A stretch of DNA of 64,000 nt from Methanomassiliicoccaceae archaeon (GTDB lineage: Archaea > Thermoplasmatota > Thermoplasmata > Methanomassiliicoccales > Methanomassiliicoccaceae): NCBI GenBank assembly GCA_963728405.1, contig CAVSJV010000007.1:192001-256000 (forward strand), read 5' to 3'. Positions 48,487 to 57,958 of this stretch are shown here, piece by piece. The notes under the pieces were generated by a model. It had not been told where the DNA came from, did not search any database, and saw nothing but the letters and a program-made list of their open reading frames with translations. A program made the translations under genes and the position numbers. Position 1 is the stretch's first letter, and each line of letters opens with the position of its first letter.

Positions 48487-49457
48487 TCCAGCCTCTCGGG
48501 GCAAGCGTCCCTTCGTGAGCAGGAGCGGCATTTACCCGGCCGGTCGTGGTCGCGATGAGCCTCTCCGGATGATATCGCCATCCTCATCTCCGCCAGTTTC
48601 GTCAGCAGCAGGGACCGGAGGTTCTGGTCGAACTCGATGACGTGCTCGACCTCCCCGTACCTGAGGATGCCGTAGCTCACCCTGCCCTCCTGCTCCATGA
48701 GGAGGCAGTATGCAGCCAGCTGTATGATGTGCGAGAACAGCGGCCCGCGGGGGACCCGCCCGGTCTTCACCTCTACCGGGACAAGCTCGCCATCTATCTC
48801 CAAGATATAGTCCGGCCTGCCGGCCAGTTGGTGTTCCTCGGACCTAAGGGTCCGGGGCTCTCCGCCCTCCCCGATGTAGGCGATGCGTCCCTTGACATTG
48901 AAGGACTCCCTGATCTTCCTAGCTCCCTCCGCCTGCGCCTGGGACAGGTAAAGGGCCAGGGAGGCTGCCATCAGTAGCAGCAGAGCGACGGCCTCGGCTA
49001 GCAACCCCTGGTCCTGGCTGAACCCGAAGATAGGGACGGCGTTGAGGGCCAGGACCATCGCCAGGATCGCGAGGACACCGATCCACAGCTCGCTCTTCTC
49101 CCGGTCCCAGGGGGCCCTGGTCCGGGCCGAGTTGTAGAGAACGGTGATGGCCAGCAGGATCCATAGCAGAGCGAGAACGCTGAGGGCCCTGGCTCGAAGC
49201 AGAACATCGGTGGAAGCGAAGACGAAAAGCCCGATCAGGGCCAGGGCGGTGGCGACCACCGACGATGCGATGACCAGGCGCTCATACTGCGATGCCCGGC
49301 GCTCTTGGCGAACAATGCCCCGGAGCTCAGATGCCATCCGATCATGGCGTTGGCGGCCTTGGTCAAGGCCTTCCTCGCAGACCTCGTTGTCCCGAAGCTG
49401 CCAGCTCAGGGGACAGTAACAGAACTTTTCGAGGTCTCCCGCGGAGATTCCTGCCAT
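48483..49457 (-). CDS. cas4: Solo Cas4-family nuclease with four inserted transmembrane helices
   Basis: SAGDLEKFCYCP, G...H, four hydrophobic segments, GRPD, VEVKTG, HIIQLAAY, KCRSC-x5-C. Confidence 0.88.
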   Translation of the reverse strand: MAGISAGDLEKFCYCPLSWQLRDNEVCEEGLDQGRQRHDRMASELRGIVRQERRASQYERLVIASSVVATALALIGLFVFASTDVLLRARALSVLALLWILLAITVLYNSARTRAPWDREKSELWIGVLAILAMVLALNAVPIFGFSQDQGLLAEAVALLLLMAASLALYLSQAQAEGARKIRESFNVKGRIAYIGEGGEPRTLRSEEHQLAGRPDYILEIDGELVPVEVKTGRVPRGPLFSHIIQLAAYCLLMEQEGRVSYGILRYGEVEHVIEFDQNLRSLLLTKLAEMRMAISSGEAHRDHDRPGKCRSCSRRDACPERLD

Positions 49458-49521
49458 GGGGCGGGAATGGGGGCGAGCCTATCTATTGGTACCTACCTGA
49501 TATCGTCTGACCCGGAATAGC

Positions 49522-50328
49522 TCAGACCTGATCATTGATGATCTCTTCGGGGCAGAAGTCCCCGCCACCGGACGCCCGCTCGCAATCCATGTTGCACAGA
49601 CAGGCGTCGATGATCTCGATGCCAGGCGGACAATCGACCTCTTCGACATGCCCGAACCAGTAGACCACTAGGCCATGACCGAACATCTCAACATATTGGC
49701 TGAGCTGTCCGCGGATGTTCTTGTTGAACTCGATGCGGTCGCCGAAGGAGGCCTTGGACTCGATCCAGTTGAGCGTCCACCCATTGACCTTCAATGGCTC
49801 ATCGAGCAGGCAGTCGGGGGTCTTGGTGAACTTGCCCCGGAGGTCCTTCTCGGTGCGGTAGGTGATGTTGTGGGCGTTGAGCCACTCCTGAAGTTTGGTC
49901 TCTCCCCAGGTTCCTCGTTTGTACTGGACATCGTTCCCCCAGGGTGAGTAGATGGTATCGGCCTCGGTGATCTCGATGATCTCCCGCTTGGTGCGGGGAT
50001 TGGCGATGCACTCCGGCTCGCGGACATATTTCCAGAACTCCTTCTTGGAGTACCCATCCTCCTGGAACAGCAACAGGCCAGTGAGGATGGGGGGAAAATT
50101 CCACTTGTCGGAGATCTCCAGGAGACTGATCCCGGACCTCCAATCCCTCAGCAAACGGGGGGCGTTCCTTTTGACCACATGATAGTGCTTGGTAGCTTCA
50201 CGTACCGTCCTTTGGGTGTAGATGACGTTGAGAAGCTCTTCATCAAGACCGGTCTGTTTTGACAGGGCTTTCACATCTCTATGTGTGTTTAGCCGATCAT
50301 AAAGGGTCTTGAACTCTTCAAATTTCAT
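49522..50328 (-). CDS. TPD-domain protein, CDIN1/C15orf41-like PD-(D/E)xK nuclease
   Basis: N-terminal HTH-like region, G.WGE..L, TEKDLR...KTPDCLL, WIESKASFGD, Q...Y...FG.GLVVYWFG. Confidence 0.88.
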   Translation of the reverse strand: MKFEEFKTLYDRLNTHRDVKALSKQTGLDEELLNVIYTQRTVREATKHYHVVKRNAPRLLRDWRSGISLLEISDKWNFPPILTGLLLFQEDGYSKKEFWKYVREPECIANPRTKREIIEITEADTIYSPWGNDVQYKRGTWGETKLQEWLNAHNITYRTEKDLRGKFTKTPDCLLDEPLKVNGWTLNWIESKASFGDRIEFNKNIRGQLSQYVEMFGHGLVVYWFGHVEEVDCPPGIEIIDACLCNMDCERASGGGDFCPEEIINDQV

Positions 50329-50537
50329 ATGAACTTCGACCTATCGATTCGATTATGAGGTTCGTAAAACCTGCCATGTCTTAAATATATCGACAACAAC
50401 AACATGGACCACATGTTATCGGTATCTCCATAGATAATGTTTTTCTATAGGCATGACAGGTATGGATAGATTATATATCACGGAGGGGTATTTAGCGTCA
50501 TCCGAATTATTTATCCAGACTTGTGAAGAGGGATAGC

Positions 50538-51236
50538 ATGGCAGAATTACCATTCCTAGCAAACAGCAACGGGCCGGCCTGGCTACCGGGCGCGGCCAAG
50601 GAAGCCCGCCAGTTCGCCTACTGGGGGCAATTGATCCTGGTGGCGATGTTCATCCTCGCCATTGTGTTGGCCATATTGGCCTTCGCGGTCTCGTCCTGGG
50701 CCTCGGGCGTATATTTCGTCATCTCCGCTGTCGTGGACGTCATACTGCTGTACCTGATGAACAGTACGGTGTTCGAGCCCATGGATCAGGGCAAATTCCG
50801 CGAAGCGAGCGACCGTCTGTTGATCTGGGGCATACTGGGCCTTATCTTTTCCCTGGTGGTCCCGGGCATATTCCTGCTCCTGGCGTTCATTCGCCTGCAG
50901 GAGGTCTTCCAGCCTCAATATCAGCAGTACCCCACCCAGTACTACCAGGCGCCTCAGCAGTACCCGCCGCAGCAGGCCCCGCCGCCCGCTCAGCCTCAAT
51001 ATCAGCCGGCGCCGCCCCCTCAACAGTACCAGCAGCCTCCGAACCAGGCACCTCCGCCGCAGCAGGCCCCGCCGCCCCAGTACCAGCCGGCCCCTGCCCC
51101 CGCGCCAGTGCCTCCACCGGTCGCCCCTGCTGCCGAACCGCAGCAGCACAAGTCCGATATGACCAAGTGCAAGAGCTGCGGCGTGCAGTACCCCTCGTTC
51201 ATGAGGAACTGCCCCAACTGCGGCGCTCCGAGATGA
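50538..51236 (+). CDS. Membrane protein with P/Q/Y-rich linker and C-terminal zinc ribbon
   Basis: Three to four TM helices, about 75 aa of PQY low complexity, CKSC-x10-CPNCG. Confidence 0.85.
   Translation: MAELPFLANSNGPAWLPGAAKEARQFAYWGQLILVAMFILAIVLAILAFAVSSWASGVYFVISAVVDVILLYLMNSTVFEPMDQGKFREASDRLLIWGILGLIFSLVVPGIFLLLAFIRLQEVFQPQYQQYPTQYYQAPQQYPPQQAPPPAQPQYQPAPPPQQYQQPPNQAPPPQQAPPPQYQPAPAPAPVPPPVAPAAEPQQHKSDMTKCKSCGVQYPSFMRNCPNCGAPR
50910..51135 (+). repeat. Coding low-complexity direct repeats (QPQYQ, PPQQAPPP)
   Basis: CAGCCTCAATATCAGC at 50910 and 50991; 24-mer CCGCCGCAGCAGGCCCCGCCGCCC at 50964 and 51054. Confidence 0.85.
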
Positions 51237-51246
51237 AACGTCTTTC

Positions 51247-51501
51247 TCATTCTTCTTTTACATTCATGCCCCTGTCCCTATAGAGCACCTCTCCTCGCCT
51301 TTCTATCAGCCGGATCCGGTGGTATGGGATCTTACTGTCGGCGGTGACGAAGAATGATCGCTCCAGCTCCACGATATCCCTGCCTTTGATCGACATCATG
51401 TCGCCGGGAGCGCCGCGATGAAGGTAATAGATAACGACATCGTCCAGGCCTCGCTCCTCGGACCATTTCAGGCGGTTCAGTACCTCGCGCGGGAAGACCA
51501 T
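51247..51501 (-). CDS. DUF504/MJ1316 RNA-repair domain protein
   Basis: REVLNRLKW, Y.HRGAP, IPYHRI. Confidence 0.9.
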   Translation of the reverse strand: MVFPREVLNRLKWSEERGLDDVVIYYLHRGAPGDMMSIKGRDIVELERSFFVTADSKIPYHRIRLIERRGEVLYRDRGMNVKEE

Positions 51502-51557
51502 GATCGTTCATTCTATCCTCGAAAGTGCTTTCTATATTCCGGTCCGTAGCATTAATC

Positions 51558-53177
51558 ATGCATTTCCCCCCGTACGGCGACACCATCGGCTCGATAGTGG
51601 TAAAGCATGTGAACGGACAGCTCGTTGACGTGTTGAGCGGAACGATCTATCCCGCCTGTGTCAACTTCTACGAGGGCAAGGTCGTCCGGATCGAGCACAA
51701 GATCACGGCCCCCATGCAATATCTCCTCCCGGGACTGATAGACTCCCACGTACACGTCGAATCGTCGTCCCTCACGCCTTACCGTTTCGCCGAGCAGGCT
51801 GTTGCCCATGGGACCACCGCGGTGATCGCGGACCCCACCCCGATCGCGGCTGCCATGGGTATGGACGGGATCAAGTTCCTCATGGAGGATGGCCGGTCCT
51901 CGCCCCTTCGGTTCTACTATGCGGCGCCCTCGGAGGGGCATTCTTCAAACAGCATGGGCTGGCAGGCGGTCCGGGAGCTGATGGGAATGCCCGAGTTCGT
52001 GGCCCTGGGCGAGGTCACCGAGGTCGCCGATGTGCTGGCCGAGGAACCGGAGACCATGGCCAAGATGGAGGTCGCCAGGCAGAACGGCAAGCCCATCGAT
52101 GGCTTCGCTCCCGACCTTCGCGGCTATGACCTGGACCGATATATCATGGCTGGTGTATCGTCCGATCACGGCTGCTCTTCGGTGAGGGAGGCGATGGAGA
52201 AGCAGCGTCGAGGAATGACCATCATCGTGGAGGAGGGGGCGGGTGCCCAACAGCTGGATGCCCTGGCTGAGTTCATGAAGGCGAACCACTACCTGTTGGC
52301 CTCAGGGAACCTCGGTGCTCCTGATATCGTGGGAGGGCACATAGACGACCTGCTGCGCCGCTCCGTGGCGCTAGGGGTCGACCCCCTCCAGGCGATTCGA
52401 GCGGCGACGCTCTGGCCGGCCGAACGTTATAACCTGGCAGGCGGTTCGCTCTACGTAGGCGGGCCGGCCGACCTCATCGCGGTCAACGATCTCAAGGAGT
52501 TCAAGGTGCTGGAGACCTGGATCGGTGGCGAGCTCGTGGCCAAGGACGGGGCTCCGATGTTCCTTGGCAACCCCATGGGGGTGGCCGCTCCTTTCAGCAT
52601 CACCAAGGTCAATGCCGATGACCTGGAACCGCGCTCCAGCTCTCCGGTCGCCCACACCAGGGCGCTGGAGGTGAACTCTCAGGGCTTGGGGGTCGGCCGA
52701 GGAACGGTCGAACTGTCGGTCCAGAACGGCCGGGTGATGGCCGACCCCCGTCGTGACATCGCCCTCCTGGCCTGGGTGGATCCGTGGAGGGGAGGGAGCC
52801 CGAAGGTATCCTTTGTCAAAGGCTTCGGCCTGACCGCAGGGGCCATGGCAACCTCCTTCGTTATGGGTGCCGCGGGCATCCTGGCGGTAGGGGTGGACGC
52901 GGTCAGTCTGGCCGATGCGATCAACATGGTGGTGAAGGCTGGCGGAGGGAAAGCCGCAACCAAGGGCAGCTGCTGGACCATATTGGCACTCCCCGAAGGA
53001 GGGATGATGTCATCGCTGCCGGCGAGAGAGATCGCCGAGGGCGAGCTAGAGCTGCGTTCGTTGGTCAGGGAGATGGGCTCCCAGCTGCCCGATCCCCTAC
53101 TGTCCCTTTCCTACCTGGGCCGGGAGGTCCGGTGGGCTTTCGACCTGGAACCGGTGATGGAGATGCGCTCGGCCTGA
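51558..53177 (+). CDS. Adenine deaminase-like amidohydrolase with degenerate metal ligands
   Basis: PGLIDSHVHVESS, HGTT, LGEV, GHID, A..AT..PA, ADL, V.GFGL..GA.A, LP.GG.MS. Several catalytic residues are substituted. Confidence 0.85.
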   Translation: MHFPPYGDTIGSIVVKHVNGQLVDVLSGTIYPACVNFYEGKVVRIEHKITAPMQYLLPGLIDSHVHVESSSLTPYRFAEQAVAHGTTAVIADPTPIAAAMGMDGIKFLMEDGRSSPLRFYYAAPSEGHSSNSMGWQAVRELMGMPEFVALGEVTEVADVLAEEPETMAKMEVARQNGKPIDGFAPDLRGYDLDRYIMAGVSSDHGCSSVREAMEKQRRGMTIIVEEGAGAQQLDALAEFMKANHYLLASGNLGAPDIVGGHIDDLLRRSVALGVDPLQAIRAATLWPAERYNLAGGSLYVGGPADLIAVNDLKEFKVLETWIGGELVAKDGAPMFLGNPMGVAAPFSITKVNADDLEPRSSSPVAHTRALEVNSQGLGVGRGTVELSVQNGRVMADPRRDIALLAWVDPWRGGSPKVSFVKGFGLTAGAMATSFVMGAAGILAVGVDAVSLADAINMVVKAGGGKAATKGSCWTILALPEGGMMSSLPAREIAEGELELRSLVREMGSQLPDPLLSLSYLGREVRWAFDLEPVMEMRSA

Positions 53178-53270
53178 TCGATTAATTTTATAATAGATGG
53201 AAATGTTTTATTAGCCCCTGGCCGTTTTTACCGGACGGTTCCCCCGCCGTATCGGGGCGAAGTGATGCTC

Positions 53271-53945
53271 ATGGCAGATGTCGAGACATTCGTGTGCAAA
53301 TTGGTCACCTATGATGAGATAGCCAAGTGGGCCGAAAAACTGGCCAAGGAGGTCCGGGACTGTGGATGCAAGCCCACGGTCATCATCGGGCTCACGCGGG
53401 GGGGTTGGGTGCCTGCTCGGTTGCTTTGTGACGAGTTGGGCGTGAAGAAGCTCTATGCGATCAAGACCGAGCACTGGGGCGTGACGGCGAACCTGGACGG
53501 GAAAGCGCTGCTGACCCAGGAGCTGAACGCCGATGTGGAGAACGAAACCGTCCTCATCGTCGATGACATCACCGATACCGGCGAATCGCTGACGCTGGCA
53601 TTGGGGCACCTGTTCAAGAAGCGGCCCAAGGATATCAAGACCGCCACCTTACTGCACATCACCCACTCGAAGATGGAGCCGGACTTCTATGCCATCGAGG
53701 TCCCCAAAGAGCAGTGGGCGTGGTTCATCTTCCCCTGGAATCTGCATGAGGACCTGAGGACGCTCCTTCCGAAAACGCTGTACGAGCCGAGGACGGAGGT
53801 CGAGATAAAGAATGCGTTCAATGCCCAGTTCAAGATAAGCGTCTCACCGGCCCTGATCAAGGTCACCCTGAATGACCTAGCGGTAATGGGCAGGGTCAAG
53901 AAGGCCGGAAAGAAGTGGACGCTGGTAGAGCAGCCGGTGCTGTAG
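53271..53945 (+). CDS. Type I phosphoribosyltransferase (purine salvage) with C-terminal winged-helix-like tail
   Basis: IIGLTRGGWVPAR, VLIVDDITDTGES, WFIFPW. Confidence 0.9.
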   Translation: MADVETFVCKLVTYDEIAKWAEKLAKEVRDCGCKPTVIIGLTRGGWVPARLLCDELGVKKLYAIKTEHWGVTANLDGKALLTQELNADVENETVLIVDDITDTGESLTLALGHLFKKRPKDIKTATLLHITHSKMEPDFYAIEVPKEQWAWFIFPWNLHEDLRTLLPKTLYEPRTEVEIKNAFNAQFKISVSPALIKVTLNDLAVMGRVKKAGKKWTLVEQPVL

Positions 53946-54002
53946 CCCCGGCAAACTCGCAATCTGAACAAAGGATAAAATCGTCTAGGTCCTTCTCCGG
54001 GC

Positions 54003-54560
54003 GTGCTCGCCCGTTTCAAGAACAGCCTGGAGGCCGCCCCCATCATAAAGGTCGGCGACTACGATTATTTCGTTCATCCCATCACGGACGGCGTTCCCCG
54101 CGTGGACCCGGCCATTCTGGACGAGGTGGTGCAGACCATGCTTCGCCTGGGCAAGTTCGACTGCGATGTCATCCTCGGTCCCGAAGCGCTGGGCATCCCG
54201 CTGGCGGTGGCGCTGTCCCTGGAACTGAACATTCCCTATGTTATCATACGCAAGCGCAGCTACGGGCTCCCCGGAGAGATACGGATCGACCAGTCCACGG
54301 GGTATTCGAAAGGGCAGATGTTCCTCAATGATCTGAAGGCGGGGGACCGGGTGGTCGTTGTCGATGATGTCATCTCGACCGGGGGCACCCTGAAGGCCAT
54401 CATCACCGCCCTCAAGAACGCCGGGATCCAGGTCGTTGATGTTCTGGTCGCCGTGGAAAAGGGTGAGGTAGGTAAGGATCTGGAGAGTGAGCTCGGCATC
54501 AAGATCCGGACCCTGGTCAAGGTCGAGGTCCGCGACGGCCGCTTGGTCCTACTAAATTGA
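54003..54560 (+). CDS. hpt: Archaeal hypoxanthine/guanine phosphoribosyltransferase
   Basis: YFVHPITDGVP, EALGIP, IRKRSYGLPGE, TGYSKG, VVDDVISTGGT. Confidence 0.92.
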   Translation: MLARFKNSLEAAPIIKVGDYDYFVHPITDGVPRVDPAILDEVVQTMLRLGKFDCDVILGPEALGIPLAVALSLELNIPYVIIRKRSYGLPGEIRIDQSTGYSKGQMFLNDLKAGDRVVVVDDVISTGGTLKAIITALKNAGIQVVDVLVAVEKGEVGKDLESELGIKIRTLVKVEVRDGRLVLLN

Positions 54561-54566
54561 GCCAGC

Positions 54567-55371
54567 TTACTTTATTAATCGCTTCTTCATCAAGTAGATC
54601 GCCGGGATGAATGTCAGCAGGGTCGCGATGATGATGTATATGGTCGAACCCAGGTCGATCCAGTTCACCAGGCCGAGGCACATGTTCCGGACCAGGATGC
54701 TGACGTGGGTGAGCGGCAAAGCATAGGCGATCGGCTCGGCAGCTCCTAACTGGGTGACGGGGAAGAAGGTGCCTCCCAGCAGGAACATCGGGGTGACCAG
54801 CAGGAAGAACGGGTAGTTGAACGAGTCGATGTTGGGCACCAGTCCGGTGAAGATCATGGCGATGGAGGAGAACATCAATCCTCCCAGGAAGGCGATGATG
54901 GGGATCAGCAGCACGGTCGGAGCGGAGAACAGGACAGTTGGGGAAGAAAGTGATCCCCAGGACCTCGATCACCAACAGGACGATAGTGGAATTGACGAAG
55001 CTTTTCGTGGCCCCCCATAGTATCTCGCCGGTGATGACATCCTCGATGCTCGTCGGGGTGGCGATGATGGCATCGAAGGTCTTCTGATAGTGCATGCGGA
55101 CGAACGAGCCGTAGGTGCATTCGAAGAAGCCGCCGTACATCACCGAGATGGCGATCAGGCCTGGGGCTAGAAATCGGATATACTGGATGTCCTGGCCGGC
55201 ATACTGGAGGCCGACGATGAGGCCGCCCAGTCCGGCGCCCATCGCCACTAGGTACAACAAAGGCTCGAAGATGGAGGGCAGGAAGTTGGTCTTCCAGGTC
55301 TTGAAGAAGACATCCGCGTTCCGTCGCCAGACCAACAGTGCGCCGGAATCGATGTTCGAGAGCATGCTCAT
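54567..55371 (-). CDS. ABC-2 (NodJ-like) permease; one +1 indel near 54940-54943
   Basis: WRRN, EPLLYL, FLAPGL, R...QKTFDAI.ATP, GEILW, then TPMFLLGGTFFP...LPLTH in the next frame. Confidence 0.9.
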
Positions 55372-56282
55372 TCCTTCAACCCCCTGCCGGTGAGCTTCAG
55401 GAACACGTCCTCGAGCGTGGCGGGACGAACGGTCGAATCGACGTCGGGGTACCTCTTCTTGAACTCAGTCTGGACCACATAGCACTCTTTCGAATAGACA
55501 TAGATGCGGTCGGCCGAGCGCTCGATATGGTCGCCCGTCGATCCCAGGTACTTCTCGATCTCCGTCCCGTTGGGGTCCATGACCTCCATGACACAGGGGC
55601 CGACGACCTGCTGGATCAGTGCTTTGGGCGTTCCCTCTACCAGGAACTTGCCGCTCTCCATGATGACCAGGCGGTCACACAGCTGCTCGGCCTCGTCCAT
55701 GTAATGAGTGGTGAGGATGATGCTGGTCCCCCGCTTCTTGAGCTCCCGTATGCGATCCCAGATCAGGTGGCGCGCCTGGGGGTCCAGTCCGGTGGTCGGC
55801 TCGTCCAGGATGAGGATCTTGGGGTTGTTGATCAGCGCCCGGGCGACGATCAGGCGGCGCTTCATCCCACCTGACAGGCTCTCGATCATATTGTCCGCCT
55901 TCTCGGTAAGCTGCATGAACTCCAGCAGGTCCCGCGACCGCTTCTCCGCCTCGGCAGCGGGAATATGAAAGTAGCGAGCATAGGTCGTGAGGTTCTTAAT
56001 GACCGAGAAATCGGGATCGAGGTTCGATTCCTGGGGGGCCACCCCGATCAGTTGCTTGACCTCCTTGGGATGCTCGGTCACATCCATGTCCATCACATCC
56101 AACTTTCCAGAGGTGATGGGGGACACCGTCTGGATCATACGCATAGTGGTGCTCTTGCCCGCGCCGTTCGGTCCGAGGAATCCGAAGATCTCGCTCTGTT
56201 CGATCTGAAAACTTATGTGGTCCACTGCCGTCAGTTCGTCATACTTCTTTACGAGGTCCTTAGCAGCAACGACCACGGACAT
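55368..56282 (-). CDS. ABC exporter ATP-binding protein (NodI/DrrA-like)
   Basis: GPNGAGKST, LSGGMKRR, ILDEPTTGLDP, TTHYMDEAE.LCDR, TLEDVFL.LTG. Confidence 0.95.
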   Translation of the reverse strand: MSVVVAAKDLVKKYDELTAVDHISFQIEQSEIFGFLGPNGAGKSTTMRMIQTVSPITSGKLDVMDMDVTEHPKEVKQLIGVAPQESNLDPDFSVIKNLTTYARYFHIPAAEAEKRSRDLLEFMQLTEKADNMIESLSGGMKRRLIVARALINNPKILILDEPTTGLDPQARHLIWDRIRELKKRGTSIILTTHYMDEAEQLCDRLVIMESGKFLVEGTPKALIQQVVGPCVMEVMDPNGTEIEKYLGSTGDHIERSADRIYVYSKECYVVQTEFKKRYPDVDSTVRPATLEDVFLKLTGRGLKE

Positions 56283-56353
56283 GTAGCTCCCTAATCCAAC
56301 TTCTAGTTAATATATCATGAACGAAGCCTAAGCGTAGCCGGGTCCCTTTTCCC

Positions 56354-57958
56354 TTGGCCAGTGGAGGACGGGGGGTGGACCTTCCCTTGTTGCTGGCGGT
56401 GCTCTATTTCTCGTTCCTGGGAACCGGCCTGGGGTCTCTGACCGGCCTCACTCCCGGTGTCCACGTCAACACCCTGGCCCTGATCCTGGTGTCATCTTGC
56501 CCATTGCTCCTGCCCCTGCTGGAAGAGGCCGCTGCCGCCCTGGGGACGGTACGCGAAGCGGCTCCCCTGCTGATGGTCACCGTCATCGTCTCCGCGGCGG
56601 TGGCCCATTCCTTTCTCGACTTCCTTCCATCGATCTTCCTGGGCGCGCCGGAGGAGGGTACCGCCCTCAGCACCTTGCCCGGTCATCGGCTGCTACTGAG
56701 TGGTAAAGGGCTGGACGCGGTCCTCTGCTCCGCCTACGGCGGCCTGGTGGGCGCTACCGCCGCAGTGGTGCTGTGCCTGCCACTGTCCCTGGTTTTGGGC
56801 CCGCCCCTCGGCCTGTTCCCGCTGCTGGACCAGGCGACCCCGTTCCTGGTGGTGGCCGCCCTGATGGCCCTGGTGATCTCGGAGAAGGGAAAGAAGCTCC
56901 GGGTGGCGGTCCGGGTCCGCAAGGTCACACGCACTAGGGGGGCGGTAAGCCTGGTCCGTTCGGTCCCGGTGAACGGCCTGGAAGCGACCTTAGTAGGGAG
57001 AGTGGAGAGGGACCGGTATGGGAGAAAGTGGCTCCGGACCTCCCATGGCCGGTGGCGGCTGAAAGGGGCAAGCGTTCAGGGGGGTATGGTCAGGGTAGAA
57101 TGTGTCTGGCAGGTACGTCATTCCGCCATTCGTGAACGCTGCTATGCCGTTGCGCTCCTGCTCATCTCCGGCCTGCTAGGGCTCACCTGCATGGGATCCC
57201 GTCTACCGCTCACCGACATCTGGGAAGGCATGGACCAGAGCATACTCTTCCCGCTGCTCACCGGCCTGTTCGGCCTGCCGGGGATCATCAGCTCCCTCCG
57301 CTCCAGCACAATCCCCCCGCAGCTCGAGCCGTCCGCTTTCCAGGGTGAGCTGGGGCCCGGCCTGCGGGGAGCACTGTCCGGCGCGCTGGTCGGCTGGTTC
57401 CCCGGGATATCTTCTACCACGGGGGTAATCATTGCCTCTGCGTTCTCGCGCGACCGCGAGGATCAACTGGCCGGTTCGCGCCGCTATCTGGCCATGGTGT
57501 CGGCGGTGGGCACATCGTCCACCGTGCTCGGTCTCCTGGCCCTCTCCATCGCCTACAAGGGGCGCTCAGGGGCGATGCTGGCGGCCAAGGAGGTGCTGGG
57601 GCCGGAGGGGGTATCGCTGCTCTCCCTCCCCTCGCCGTGGTTCCCCCTTCTCCTCGCGGCGGCGCTCCTCTCCGCCGCGGTCAGCTACCTGCTCGCGCTC
57701 CGGTTGGGCCGGCGCCTGGCCCGCCTGGCGGCCGGGGCGGACCTCGGCCCCCTGAACAAGGTCATACTCATCCTTATCGTCCTTCTGGTCGCGGTGTTCT
57801 GCGGGCTGCCGGGGCTGCTGGTCCTTGTGGTGGCTACCTTCCTGGGCTTCCTGCCTCCGCGGCTTGGGGTAAGCCGCGTCCACCTGACCGGATGCCTCCT
57901 GCTCCCGACGGCACTGTACTTCCTCGGCCTAGAGGCAGGGCTCCTGTCGGTGCTTTGA
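56354..57958 (+). CDS. Archaeal TctA/DUF112 family permease with a basic soluble insert
   Basis: TGLTPGVHVN, H.FLDFLPSIFLGAP, LPGHRLL..G.G, FPLLTGLFG, PGISS, RSG, V.RVHL.G.LL.P. Start uncertain. Confidence 0.88.
   Translation: MASGGRGVDLPLLLAVLYFSFLGTGLGSLTGLTPGVHVNTLALILVSSCPLLLPLLEEAAAALGTVREAAPLLMVTVIVSAAVAHSFLDFLPSIFLGAPEEGTALSTLPGHRLLLSGKGLDAVLCSAYGGLVGATAAVVLCLPLSLVLGPPLGLFPLLDQATPFLVVAALMALVISEKGKKLRVAVRVRKVTRTRGAVSLVRSVPVNGLEATLVGRVERDRYGRKWLRTSHGRWRLKGASVQGGMVRVECVWQVRHSAIRERCYAVALLLISGLLGLTCMGSRLPLTDIWEGMDQSILFPLLTGLFGLPGIISSLRSSTIPPQLEPSAFQGELGPGLRGALSGALVGWFPGISSTTGVIIASAFSRDREDQLAGSRRYLAMVSAVGTSSTVLGLLALSIAYKGRSGAMLAAKEVLGPEGVSLLSLPSPWFPLLLAAALLSAAVSYLLALRLGRRLARLAAGADLGPLNKVILILIVLLVAVFCGLPGLLVLVVATFLGFLPPRLGVSRVHLTGCLLLPTALYFLGLEAGLLSVL

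Noticed and set aside
48483-51236. CRISPR-Cas locus around cas4
   Set aside because: No cas1, cas2 or effector genes and no repeat-spacer array; the only repeats are in-frame PQY codon repeats.
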